A stretch of DNA of 64,000 nucleotides, taken from Candidatus Saganbacteria bacterium (GTDB lineage Bacteria > Margulisbacteria > WOR-1 > O2-12-FULL-45-9). Of the stretch, positions 9,755-18,650 are shown piece by piece (position 1 is the first letter of the stretch; each line of letters opens with the position of its first letter). Both the position numbers and the translations under genes were made by a program. The DNA is taken from the NCBI GenBank assembly GCA_016219705.1, contig JACRKQ010000053.1, positions 6,793-70,792 of the forward strand, given 5' to 3'. Under the pieces are notes generated by a model, which saw nothing but the letters and a program-made list of their open reading frames with translations, was not told the origin of the DNA and did not search any database.

Positions 9755-9784
9755 CCCGCCAGAGGCGGGCAGAGGGGGAAAAGG

Positions 9785-10465
9785 ATGGATGATTATCAGA
9801 GGATCGGCCGGTTACTATTCCAGGAGAGATTAATTGATTCGCACGGCGGTAATTTAAGCTGGCGGGAAGGAGACAAAATTTTCATCACCGGTCTTAATGT
9901 GATGTTGGGGGATCTGAAACCTGAAGATATTATTGAGGTTGGCCTGGAACCGGGAGCCGATGATCAAAAGGCTTCACGGGAATTACCGACCCATCGCGCG
10001 CTTTATAAAAATTCCGCAATTAAAGCTATTGTTCATGCCCATCCGGCCAACGCGATCGCCATTTCCCTGACTGATAATAAAATTATTCCCCAGGATTCAG
10101 AAGGGCTATTCTTATATAAGTCAGCGCCGATTGTCCGGGTTAGAGATGGGGTGGGGTCGGAAGAAACTGTCCGCTTACTCCCCAGCTTTCTCGGCAAAGA
10201 AAATGTTATTGCCGTGGTGAAAGGCCATGGGAGTTTTGCCGTCGGACAAAATTTAGAAGAAGCTTATAAATATACTTCCTGTCTGGAAAATTCCTGCCGG
10301 GTGATTATCGCGGTCAGGGCTTCAGGGGGGCGGGGCAGCGGACAGACGGCAGTCAGCAATGTCAGTAAGCCCATGGAGCGGCCGCAGCGGGGGAGACCAG
10401 CTTTCAAGTCGGCTATTCCGCCCGGCATCGGCGTGATGGATCGCAGCCGTTATCGCAATCGATGA
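9785..10465 (+). CDS. class II aldolase/adducin-domain protein
   Basis: HAHPANAIAIS motif of class II (fuculose-phosphate-like) aldolases; low-complexity C-terminal tail overlapping rel start. Confidence 0.6.
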   Translation: MDDYQRIGRLLFQERLIDSHGGNLSWREGDKIFITGLNVMLGDLKPEDIIEVGLEPGADDQKASRELPTHRALYKNSAIKAIVHAHPANAIAISLTDNKIIPQDSEGLFLYKSAPIVRVRDGVGSEETVRLLPSFLGKENVIAVVKGHGSFAVGQNLEEAYKYTSCLENSCRVIIAVRASGGRGSGQTAVSNVSKPMERPQRGRPAFKSAIPPGIGVMDRSRYRNR

Positions 10466-12417
10466 ATGAGCTAGAAAATTTACTCGCTAAAATAAAAAGT
10501 TACAATCCCCAGGCCGACCTGGAACTTGTCAAGCTGGCTTATGTTTTTGCCGCCGAGGTTCATCGCGAACACAAAAGACTTTCCGGCGATCCCTATATTA
10601 TCCATCCTCTCTCCGTGGCCGAAATCTTAGCCGACCTGGAACAGGATGTCCTGACGATCGCGGCGGCGCTCCTCCATGATGTTGTCGAAGATTCAACCGT
10701 GACTCGCGAGATGCTGGTCGCCAAGTTTGGGGCGGAAATTGCGCGGTTGGTGGAAGGGGTGACGAAACTTAGCCAATTAAATTTTGTCAGCCGCGAAATT
10801 CGCCAGGCGGAAAATTTCCGCAAAATGTTTATCGCCATGGGGGAGGATTTCCGGATCATCATCATCAAGCTGGCTGACCGTCTGCATAATATGCGGACGA
10901 TCAAATACTTGCCTCTGCCAAAGCAGAGCGAGACGGCTCTGGAGACCCGCGAGATTTTTGCTCCCCTGGCGCACCGCCTGGGGATGTGGCGGCTGAAGTG
11001 GGAGCTCGAAGATTTATCTTTTTCGGTGCTGGAACCGGACAAATATGAAGAGGTTAAGACCAGGATTGCCGAAAGCCGTACTGGCCGGGAAAAATACATC
11101 CAGGATTTTATCTCCCAGGCTAAGGAATTGCTGCAAAAGGTAAATATAGAGGCGGAAATATTCGGGCGGGCCAAGCACTTTTACAGCATTTACCATAAGA
11201 TGGTCGACCAGAACCTGGAATTTAATGAAATTTACGATCTGACGGCGGTCCGGATCATCATCAATTCAATTAAAGAATGTTATGCCGTTTTGGGTGTTGT
11301 CCACGCGGCCTGGAAGCCGATCCCGGGTCGTTTCCGCGATTACATTGCCATGTCCAAATCCAATGGTTATCAATCCCTGCATACGACCGTCATCGGTCCC
11401 GGCGGCCGGCCGGTGGAAGTCCAGATCCGGACGCGTGAAATGCATCGCGTCGCCGAATATGGGATCGCGGCGCACTGGCGCTACAAAGAAGGAGAGACGG
11501 ATAAAGGCTTGGACCAGAAAATGTCATGGTTCCGCCAGATGCTGGAATGGCAGGAAGAATTAAAAGACGCCAAAGATTTTATGGAGAGCTTAAAGACGGA
11601 TTTATTCATTGATGAGGTCTTTGTTTTTACGCCCAAAGGAGCGGTTTTCGACCTGCCGATTGGCGCCACAACGATTGATTTTGCCTATCGTGTTCACACG
11701 GAAGTGGGACATCGAGTGGTGGGAGCCAGAGTTAACGGACGTTTAGTTCCGCTGGATTTTAAATTAAATAACGGTGATATTGTCGAAGTCCTGACCGGTA
11801 AAAAAGACAGCCCGTCGCGGGACTGGATCCGTTTTGTAAAAACCGCCGGTGCCCGCGTCAAAATCCGCAACTGGTTTAAAAAACAGCAGCCGATTGAGAA
11901 AGAAGCGGTTGAGCCTCAATTGGCAGAGAAAGAGGCTGCTCCATTGCTGTCGGCCGCGCCGCGATCACGAGTCAGGGCGAAATCAGCCGTTACTGTTTCC
12001 GGCCTGGAAAATGTGCTGGTCCGTTTTTCTAAATGTTGCCATCCGATTCCCGGCGAAAAAATTGTCGGCTACGTAACGTTGGGCAAAGGGGTGGCGATTC
12101 ACCGTTTTGATTGTCCCAATATAATTGGGCATGAACTCCCCAAAGATAAATTAGTAAAAGCGGCCTGGAACCGGCAAAACGAGGTGCTTTTCTCGACCGA
12201 AATTGAAATTGAATCTTTTGATCGGGTGGGAGTCTTTAAAGATATTCTCCACCAGATTGCGGAAATCAAAACGAATGTTTCGGCGGCCAAGGTTAAGACC
12301 AAGCGCGGCAGTTCCGCTTTTCTCAATATCACGGTTGATATTAAGGACAAAGATCATCTCGAGCGAGTAATTGCCGCCATCAAAAAAGTCCCCGATGTTT
12401 ACGAGGTGAAGCGCTGA
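10462..12417 (+). CDS. rel: bifunctional (p)ppGpp synthetase/hydrolase Rel
   Basis: HD hydrolase motif (HDVVEDS), synthetase domain, TGS and C-terminal ACT-like domains. Confidence 0.85.
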   Translation: MNELENLLAKIKSYNPQADLELVKLAYVFAAEVHREHKRLSGDPYIIHPLSVAEILADLEQDVLTIAAALLHDVVEDSTVTREMLVAKFGAEIARLVEGVTKLSQLNFVSREIRQAENFRKMFIAMGEDFRIIIIKLADRLHNMRTIKYLPLPKQSETALETREIFAPLAHRLGMWRLKWELEDLSFSVLEPDKYEEVKTRIAESRTGREKYIQDFISQAKELLQKVNIEAEIFGRAKHFYSIYHKMVDQNLEFNEIYDLTAVRIIINSIKECYAVLGVVHAAWKPIPGRFRDYIAMSKSNGYQSLHTTVIGPGGRPVEVQIRTREMHRVAEYGIAAHWRYKEGETDKGLDQKMSWFRQMLEWQEELKDAKDFMESLKTDLFIDEVFVFTPKGAVFDLPIGATTIDFAYRVHTEVGHRVVGARVNGRLVPLDFKLNNGDIVEVLTGKKDSPSRDWIRFVKTAGARVKIRNWFKKQQPIEKEAVEPQLAEKEAAPLLSAAPRSRVRAKSAVTVSGLENVLVRFSKCCHPIPGEKIVGYVTLGKGVAIHRFDCPNIIGHELPKDKLVKAAWNRQNEVLFSTEIEIESFDRVGVFKDILHQIAEIKTNVSAAKVKTKRGSSAFLNITVDIKDKDHLERVIAAIKKVPDVYEVKR

Positions 12418-12454
12418 AGGATTAAATGCTGTACTTACCTATGAGGTTCTTAGC

Positions 12455-12697
12455 TCATGATTTTTTTAATCTTTTAGTAGCATTCAGAACGGTTAAACCG
12501 ATAAGAGTCTTATTTTTGTAACGCAAAATAATATCATTTTCTGATAATTCAGAATCAGTTGCTTGTTGAGGTTTATCAAAATTTACGTATAAGACATCAG
12601 CTTCACGATCAAAATCAAACCAAACGTGCTTTTGGCTCAATTTCATTATATGTGGAACCACCTTAAAAATTTCGCTCATGGCTACTCTTGCTTCCAT
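12455..12697 (-). CDS. DUF2283-like small protein (putative antitoxin)
   Basis: EADVLYVNFDKP...IILRY..LIGLTVLNATKRL matches the DUF2283 pattern from memory; AT-rich. Confidence 0.45.
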   Translation of the reverse strand: MEARVAMSEIFKVVPHIMKLSQKHVWFDFDREADVLYVNFDKPQQATDSELSENDIILRYKNKTLIGLTVLNATKRLKKS

Positions 12698-12993
12698 ATA
12701 ATTTGCCTCCTTAAAAGTTTATTTATTTTTGATGAAATAAAGGCTGTGATCACAAAACCATCTTTGGCGCCTAATTCTTTGTAAATAACCACTAAATATT
12801 TTTTCCCTTCTCGTTTTTTTACTGCCAGCAGTTCTTTGTCGTTGGTTCCTTCCAGGACTATGTCTGGGGAGGTGACCGCTTCGAGGACGTCGTAGAAATT
12901 GCCAGCCAATTCACAGTGGTTTTCAACGACATGAACCCATCTTTCTTGTGGTAACCGAATGGCGATTCCGTTTACAGATTTCGCTGTATCCAT
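12682..12993 (-). CDS. DUF4258-like putative toxin
   Basis: Overlaps the DUF2283 gene by 16 nt; weak resemblance to DUF4258; AT-rich relative to flanks. Confidence 0.3.
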   Translation of the reverse strand: MDTAKSVNGIAIRLPQERWVHVVENHCELAGNFYDVLEAVTSPDIVLEGTNDKELLAVKKREGKKYLVVIYKELGAKDGFVITAFISSKINKLLRRQIIWKQE

Positions 12994-13192
12994 TGCTTAC
13001 AATTTTGTCATATTTCGACGCAATAATCAATCAGCTCTGACGAATAGTATTTCTTCGCACCCGTAAACCCCTCCCCACTTGCCGACGCATCTTTTTACCA
13101 ACTAGCGTGAGTTTACTAAGGGGAAAATAAAAAAGGATGTAAGGCTGATAATCAATTACTAAACTTGAAAAGCTCCAGCCGGGCTGATATAC

Positions 13193-13756
13193 TTGCTTTT
13201 CATGGCGATACCAATTAACGAAATCAAACCCGGGATGACCGTATCAATAAACCGGGATCTTTTTCGCTGCCTGGATTACCACCATCAGCGTGCCGCCCAG
13301 CAGAGCTGGATTAAAATTAAATTTAAAAACCTGCGCAGCGGGGCGATAATAGACCGCACTTTTAAGCCCGGCGAAAAAATAGAGCCGGCGCATATTGAAT
13401 ATAAGCAAATGCAATTCCTCTACGCTGATTTAGCTTTGTTCCATTTTATGGATCAGACTACTTATGAACAGATTGCTCTCCCCAAAGAAAAAGTCAGCGA
13501 CGCGGCGAAATATATTAAGGAAGGTTTTGTGGTCGGTATTTCTTTCTATGGAGATGAAGCGCTGGATGTTAGCCTGCCAGCTGCGGTAGAGCTCAAAGTC
13601 GTAGAAACTTCGCCAGGATTTAAAGGCGACACGGTTTCCGGGACCAAACCGGCGACGATGGAGACCGGATTGGTCGTGCAAGTGCCGTTTTTTGTCAATG
13701 TCGGAGATCTGCTTAAGGTGGGGACTGAAGAAGGGAAATACTTAGGGAGGGCATAA
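13193..13756 (+). CDS. efp: elongation factor P
   Basis: Full-length alignment to EF-P (KPGFKGDTVSGTKPATMETG, VQVPFFV); true start may be the second Met (MAIPINE). Confidence 0.85.
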   Translation: MLFMAIPINEIKPGMTVSINRDLFRCLDYHHQRAAQQSWIKIKFKNLRSGAIIDRTFKPGEKIEPAHIEYKQMQFLYADLALFHFMDQTTYEQIALPKEKVSDAAKYIKEGFVVGISFYGDEALDVSLPAAVELKVVETSPGFKGDTVSGTKPATMETGLVVQVPFFVNVGDLLKVGTEEGKYLGRA

Positions 13757-13758
13757 TA

Positions 13759-13798
13759 AAATGACAAATGACAAATTACAAATGACAAATGAAGGAAT
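13759..13798. repeat. AAATGAC AAATGAC AAATTAC AAATGAC + AAATGAAGGAAT in efp-accB spacer
   Basis: Direct reading. Confidence 0.9.
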
Positions 13799-13803
13799 TT
13801 ATT

Positions 13804-14256
13804 ATGGTTGACTGGGAATTGGTCGAAAAACTTATCAAAACAGTTAAAGAGGCAGGGATTTCTGGTTTAGCGGTTGAAGAAAAAGGGGTTAAATATGAAG
13901 TGCGAAGCGAGGGCGGCCAGATCACTGCTCATCCGACCGTGATCTCCGCGCCGGCGCACCAGACAGTTCATGCTTCGGCAAAAGTTGAATCAGAAACTAT
14001 GGCGGAAGAAGCTGATGTGGTGGCCATTACTTCACCTATGGTCGGGACTTTTTACCGATCGCCATCGCCGGAATCGCCGCCGTTTGTTGCGGTCGGCGAT
14101 ACAATTGCTTCCAGTAAACCCGTTTGCATCATTGAAGCGATGAAGCTCTTTAACGAGATTGAAGCGGAAGTCAGCGGTAAAATTATAAAAATATTAGTGG
14201 AAAACGGCCAACCGGTGGAATACGGCCAAAAATTGATGCTGGTTAAAAAAGGCTAG
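13804..14256 (+). CDS. accB: biotin carboxyl carrier protein / biotinyl-domain protein
   Basis: C-terminal biotinyl domain with EAMKLFNEI (AMK biotinylation motif). The ORF track starts at 13789 inside the repeat terminus; ATG 13804 has AAGGA 7 nt upstream. Confidence 0.7.
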   Translation: MVDWELVEKLIKTVKEAGISGLAVEEKGVKYEVRSEGGQITAHPTVISAPAHQTVHASAKVESETMAEEADVVAITSPMVGTFYRSPSPESPPFVAVGDTIASSKPVCIIEAMKLFNEIEAEVSGKIIKILVENGQPVEYGQKLMLVKKG

Positions 14257-14263
14257 CCTTCTG

Positions 14264-15142
14264 ATGTTTTCCGCGCTTCTCCTCTCTTTGCGTCCCAGAC
14301 AGTGGACCAAAAATTTTATTATTTTTGCCGGCATAGTCTTTTCTCTCAAGTTTTTTGAGATTCTTCTTTTAGTCAGAGTTATTGAAGCCTTTATTATTTT
14401 TTGTCTCTTGAGCAGTGCGATCTATTTGATTAATGATGTCAATGACCGGAAGTCCGATGCTAAACACCCCACAAAAAAATTAAGGCCGATTGCGTCGGGC
14501 GCATTAAGCTCGGCCTGGGCATTAACCAGCGCCTTAATCCTTGGCCTGGGAGCGCAAGCCCTGGCCTTTTACCTTGATTTTAATTTTGCCATAGTTACCA
14601 TGGCTTACATTATACTGATGCTTTTTTATACTTTTCTTCTGCGTGATTTTGTCATCCTTGATGCTTTATGCATCGCGGCCGGTTTTGTCCTGCGGGCGAT
14701 TGCCGGGGTGGTGGTGATCGCGGTTGAACTTTCCCCGTGGCTGGTTATCTGCACAATCCTTTTGTCTCTTTTCATCGCTTTCGGTAAAAGACGGCATGAA
14801 TTGGTCCTGTTGGCGGAAGGAGCGTCGGAACATCGAAAAATTCTTGATGAATATAATCCGCAGTTGCTGGACCAATTGATTGCCGCGGTAGCCGGGTCAA
14901 CGGTCATGGCTTATTCTCTCTATACTCTTTGGCCGGAGACGATTGCCAAGTTTGGGACCCGTAATCTTGTCTACTCTGTTCCTTTTGTTTTATACGGGAT
15001 TTTTCGCTATCTTTATCTCATCTATCAAAAAGGCAAAGGGGGAAAGCCAGAAGAGATTTTGCTGACGGACTGGCCATTGTTGATAGATATTATTTTATGG
15101 GTTATTGCGTTATCGTTGATTCTCTACACATGGACCGCTTGA
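14264..15142 (+). CDS. UbiA-family prenyltransferase (decaprenyl-phosphate phosphoribosyltransferase-like)
   Basis: NDVNDRKSD Asp-rich motif, 8-9 predicted TM helices. Confidence 0.7.
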   Translation: MFSALLLSLRPRQWTKNFIIFAGIVFSLKFFEILLLVRVIEAFIIFCLLSSAIYLINDVNDRKSDAKHPTKKLRPIASGALSSAWALTSALILGLGAQALAFYLDFNFAIVTMAYIILMLFYTFLLRDFVILDALCIAAGFVLRAIAGVVVIAVELSPWLVICTILLSLFIAFGKRRHELVLLAEGASEHRKILDEYNPQLLDQLIAAVAGSTVMAYSLYTLWPETIAKFGTRNLVYSVPFVLYGIFRYLYLIYQKGKGGKPEEILLTDWPLLIDIILWVIALSLILYTWTA

Positions 15143-15166
15143 ATTATATTTTTTTATCTGATATTA

Positions 15167-15188
15167 TATACACATAATTATGTGTATA
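15167..15188. promoter_or_regulatory. perfect 22-bp palindrome TATACACATAATTATGTGTATA, candidate operator upstream of vapB-like gene
   Basis: Direct reading; followed by AAGGAGG RBS and ATG at 15205. Confidence 0.55.
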
Positions 15189-15204
15189 AAGGAGGTTTTT
15201 ATTT

Positions 15205-15447
15205 ATGCTATCAAAGCGTGTCCAGGTCTTAATTGAGGAAAAAGAACTTGAAAAGTTAAAGAAAATCGGCCATCGAGCGCATAAATCTGTGGGAGAGATA
15301 TTCAGGGAAGCGGTCCGTCTGTATAGTGAACGCTTGGCCAGCCGCTGCCAGCGTCTTGCTGTCGTTGAAAAAATGGCAAAACTGCGAGCTCCGATCGCTG
15401 ATTGGCGTAAAATAGAAAAGCAAATTATTCGGGCGCAGGCTAAATGA
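15205..15447 (+). CDS. ribbon-helix-helix antitoxin (VapB-like)
   Basis: 80 aa, N-terminal RVQVLIEEKELEKLKK RHH-like; preceded by perfect 22-bp palindrome and AAGGAGG RBS; 4-nt overlap with PIN gene. Confidence 0.5.
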   Translation: MLSKRVQVLIEEKELEKLKKIGHRAHKSVGEIFREAVRLYSERLASRCQRLAVVEKMAKLRAPIADWRKIEKQIIRAQAK

Positions 15448-15857
15448 AGCGCTTGTTTATTGACACTAATATCTTTATTTACGCCCAAGGTTTGGAACAT
15501 AAATATAAGCAGCCCTGCCAGATTGTCATGCGGCTGGTTGCCGCTGATGAGATCTACGGAGTGACGAATACTGAAGTGCTTCAGGAGATTATGTATCGTT
15601 ATGATGCCATTGGCAAAAGGGAAATTGGTTTACAAATGGTCGATAATGTCCTGGCCATCATCCATGAAGTCCTGGCGGTAGAGAAAGCGGATGTTTTGCT
15701 GGCAGCCGGCTTGCTTCGTAAACATCAACAACTAAATATCAGGGATGCGTTTCATGCCGCGACAGCCGTAAGAAACAACTTGAAATATATTTTAAGCGTG
15801 GACAAGCATTTTGATCTTTTAAGTATTTTACAGCGCGTTGATCCGTTCGATATTTAA
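15444..15857 (+). CDS. vapC: PIN-domain toxin VapC
   Basis: N-terminal LFIDTNIFIYA with catalytic Asp, PIN acidic residues downstream. Confidence 0.7.
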   Translation: MKRLFIDTNIFIYAQGLEHKYKQPCQIVMRLVAADEIYGVTNTEVLQEIMYRYDAIGKREIGLQMVDNVLAIIHEVLAVEKADVLLAAGLLRKHQQLNIRDAFHAATAVRNNLKYILSVDKHFDLLSILQRVDPFDI

Positions 15858-15867
15858 GTTAACAACA

Positions 15868-16950
15868 ATGAAGAGAAGCAAGGTCTCGGTGCTAAAAACT
15901 AAACCGGAAACGGCGCTGGCTGATTACGGCCAGTTAATGCGCTTGGCTGATTATCAAAATTATTTGCCCAAAGACAAAGATACCGCGTTAAAGATTAATA
16001 TCTCCTGGCACCATTTTTATCCAGCCTGTTCCACCACCCCCTGGCAGCTTGAAGGCGTAATCAAAACACTTTTGGCTGACGGCTATAAGCGGGAATTAAT
16101 TCACGGTTGTCATAATCGGACGGTGGTTGTCTCGGCGACAAAAGGGGAGCTGGCGAATAAACATAAGCCTGTAATTGATAAATATGGATTGAGAAATGTC
16201 CATCTTTACAAAGACGAACAGTGGATAAAATATGAACCGCAGGGAAAAATGTTGGTCCTGGACCAGATATTCCCCGACGGGATTTATATCCCCAAACGGT
16301 TTATCGGTGAAAATATTATCCATTTGCCGACGATAAAGACTCATATTTTTACAACAATAACCGGCGCCATGAAAAATGCTTTTGGCGGGCTCTTGCATGA
16401 AAAACGCCATTGGACCCATTCAGTAATCCATGAAACATTAGTGGATCTATTAACGATCCAGAAAGAGATCCACTCCGGCCTTTTTGCGGTCATGGACGGG
16501 ACTTTTGCCGGAGATGGCCCCGGGCCGCGCTGCATGGTCCCTTACGTTAAAGATTACATCCTGGCTTCCAATGATCAGGTGGCTATCGACGCGATCGCGG
16601 CGCAGATGATGGGGTTTGACCCGATGTCGCTTAAATTTATCCGCCTGGCGCATGAGGCCGGTTTAGGGGTAGGCGACCCGCAGGAAATTGAAGTTGTCGG
16701 GGAAGATATTTCCAAAGTTAATTTCCATTTCCAGATGGAGCGGACGACTTTTGCCAGCCGCGGTCAGGAATTGATCTATTGGGGACCGTTAAAACCGCTG
16801 GAAAATTTTCTGCTCCGCACTGTCCTGGCTCCCTGGTCGTATCTGGCCTCAATTTTGTATCACGATTATTACTGGTATCCCTGTGTCGGCAAAGAACGTG
16901 TTAATGAGATGCTTAAGACCGGCTGGGGCCAGCTCTTCCAGAGTTATTAA
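15868..16950 (+). CDS. DUF362-domain protein
   Basis: IKTHIFTTITGAMKNAFGG matches the DUF362 KTH signature from memory; the ORF track starts at 15838 overlapping vapC, in-frame ATG at 15868 preferred. Confidence 0.55.
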   Translation: MKRSKVSVLKTKPETALADYGQLMRLADYQNYLPKDKDTALKINISWHHFYPACSTTPWQLEGVIKTLLADGYKRELIHGCHNRTVVVSATKGELANKHKPVIDKYGLRNVHLYKDEQWIKYEPQGKMLVLDQIFPDGIYIPKRFIGENIIHLPTIKTHIFTTITGAMKNAFGGLLHEKRHWTHSVIHETLVDLLTIQKEIHSGLFAVMDGTFAGDGPGPRCMVPYVKDYILASNDQVAIDAIAAQMMGFDPMSLKFIRLAHEAGLGVGDPQEIEVVGEDISKVNFHFQMERTTFASRGQELIYWGPLKPLENFLLRTVLAPWSYLASILYHDYYWYPCVGKERVNEMLKTGWGQLFQSY

Positions 16951-18650
16951 TGCGCAAAAAGTGGTTGATTCATCCGGAGAGTCAGTTAGTGCGACAATTA
17001 GCGGACGAATTAAATATCTCTGCTATTACGGCCCAAATTCTGATCAATCGCGGCATTAATAATCCGGCCCAAGCCCAGGTTTTTCTTCAACCTAAATTAA
17101 TCAATTTGTCCGATCCTTTTGAAATTCCCAATATAAAACAGGCGGCCGAACGGGTTTTATTGGCTAAAGAACGCGGGGAAAAGGTTTTGATTTTTGGAGA
17201 TTATGATGTTGATGGGGTGACCGGCACGGCCATTCTGCTGCAGACGCTCAAATTCCTGGGGCTGGCCCCTTTACATTATATACCGCACCGCTACGATGAA
17301 GGCTACAGCCTGTCGCTTGAAGCAGTGGAAAAAATCGCGGCTGACGGGGTAAAGCTTATTATCACCGTAGATTGCGGGACCTCTAATTTTACAGAGATTA
17401 CCCGAGCGCGTGAATTAGGGATGGAAGTGGTGGTAACTGATCATCATAATTTATCTCGACAAGTCCTGCCGGCGGCGGCGATTGTTAATCCCAAATTCAT
17501 GGCGCAAGACCATCCGGCGCGGAATCTGGCAGGGGCGGGGGTCGCGTTTAAGTTTGCTTGGGCTCTTTTGCGGACGGCGGGGATAAAAGAGAGCGCCTTT
17601 CTGGCTTCTCTTCTTGATCTGGCGGCTTTGGGGACGATTGCCGATATTGTCCCTCTGGCGGAAGAAAATCGGATTATCGCTGTCCGCGGGTTAGCCCAGC
17701 TCAACCAGCGCCAGCGTGTCGGTTTAAGACATTTATCTGATGTGGCCGGCCTGCCCGAGAGGGTGACGGTCGAACATGTCAGTTTTTCCCTGGCGCCGCG
17801 GATCAATGCGGCGGGCCGTTTGGAGCACGCCAATAAAGCGCTGGAGCTAATGTTGACGGCTGATGAATCTCAAGCCCAAGAGCTGGCTGGCGAATTAAAT
17901 TCAATAAATATAAAACGTCAGGATATAGGCAGCGGCATCAAGTCAGCGGTCTTCGGGCAATTAACCGATCATATTATGGAGGACGAGCCGTTAATTGTTT
18001 TAAGCGGGGATAATTGGCATCCTGGAGTAATTGGCATTGTTGCTTCGCAAGTGGTCGATCGCTTTTCCCGTCCGACGATTTTGATTGGTGTTTATGATGA
18101 AGTGGGACGGGGTTCGGCGCGGTCATTAGCTGGGATTAATATTTATAATCTACTTAATTCCTGCAGCGATCTCTTTGAAACTTTTGGCGGACACGCCGGG
18201 GCGGCGGGTTTTGAAATTAAAACTGATAAACTGACTGAATTGACCAGCCGCTTAAAAGAGGCGGCGCAGATATCTTTAGCGCCTGAAGCTTTGATCCCTA
18301 AACTGATGATCGATATGGAATTACCGACCCAAACCTTAACATTAACGCTGGCAAAAAAGTTGGAAATATTTGCTCCTCATGGAGAAGGGAATCCTCAACC
18401 GCTCTTTTTAAGCCGCCAACTTCGCTTAATCGATCAACGGACTGTCGGCCGGGACAATCGGCATTTGAAATTAAAATTATCTGATGGAATTGCTCATCTT
18501 GATACCATTGGCTTTGATTGTGGCCACTTGGCCGGCCAATTAGTGGCTAATGCCTGTTATGATGTTGTCTATCGACTGGAGTCCAATGAATGGAATGGAT
18601 TTGAGAATGTCCAGCTTAACCTGGCGGATATTAGGGAGGCTAAATCATGA
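16950..18650 (+). CDS. recJ: single-stranded-DNA-specific exonuclease RecJ
   Basis: DHH (GDYDVDGVTG, VTDHH) and DHHA1 motifs, 566 aa. Confidence 0.85.
   Translation: MRKKWLIHPESQLVRQLADELNISAITAQILINRGINNPAQAQVFLQPKLINLSDPFEIPNIKQAAERVLLAKERGEKVLIFGDYDVDGVTGTAILLQTLKFLGLAPLHYIPHRYDEGYSLSLEAVEKIAADGVKLIITVDCGTSNFTEITRARELGMEVVVTDHHNLSRQVLPAAAIVNPKFMAQDHPARNLAGAGVAFKFAWALLRTAGIKESAFLASLLDLAALGTIADIVPLAEENRIIAVRGLAQLNQRQRVGLRHLSDVAGLPERVTVEHVSFSLAPRINAAGRLEHANKALELMLTADESQAQELAGELNSINIKRQDIGSGIKSAVFGQLTDHIMEDEPLIVLSGDNWHPGVIGIVASQVVDRFSRPTILIGVYDEVGRGSARSLAGINIYNLLNSCSDLFETFGGHAGAAGFEIKTDKLTELTSRLKEAAQISLAPEALIPKLMIDMELPTQTLTLTLAKKLEIFAPHGEGNPQPLFLSRQLRLIDQRTVGRDNRHLKLKLSDGIAHLDTIGFDCGHLAGQLVANACYDVVYRLESNEWNGFENVQLNLADIREAKS

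Noticed and set aside
9753-9768. CCCGCC-AGAG-GCGGG hairpin after the kinase gene as a terminator
   Set aside because: No U-tract follows, and the next gene's RBS is immediately downstream. More likely a minor structural element.
10593-11174. 193-aa minus-strand ORF
   Set aside because: Antisense to rel; Ser/Arg-rich shadow ORF.
13051-13125. Possible degenerate second copy of the ileS GC-rich hairpin element (CCCCTCCCC...CCGACG...GGGGAAAA)
   Set aside because: Only short shared words; no convincing nested stems.
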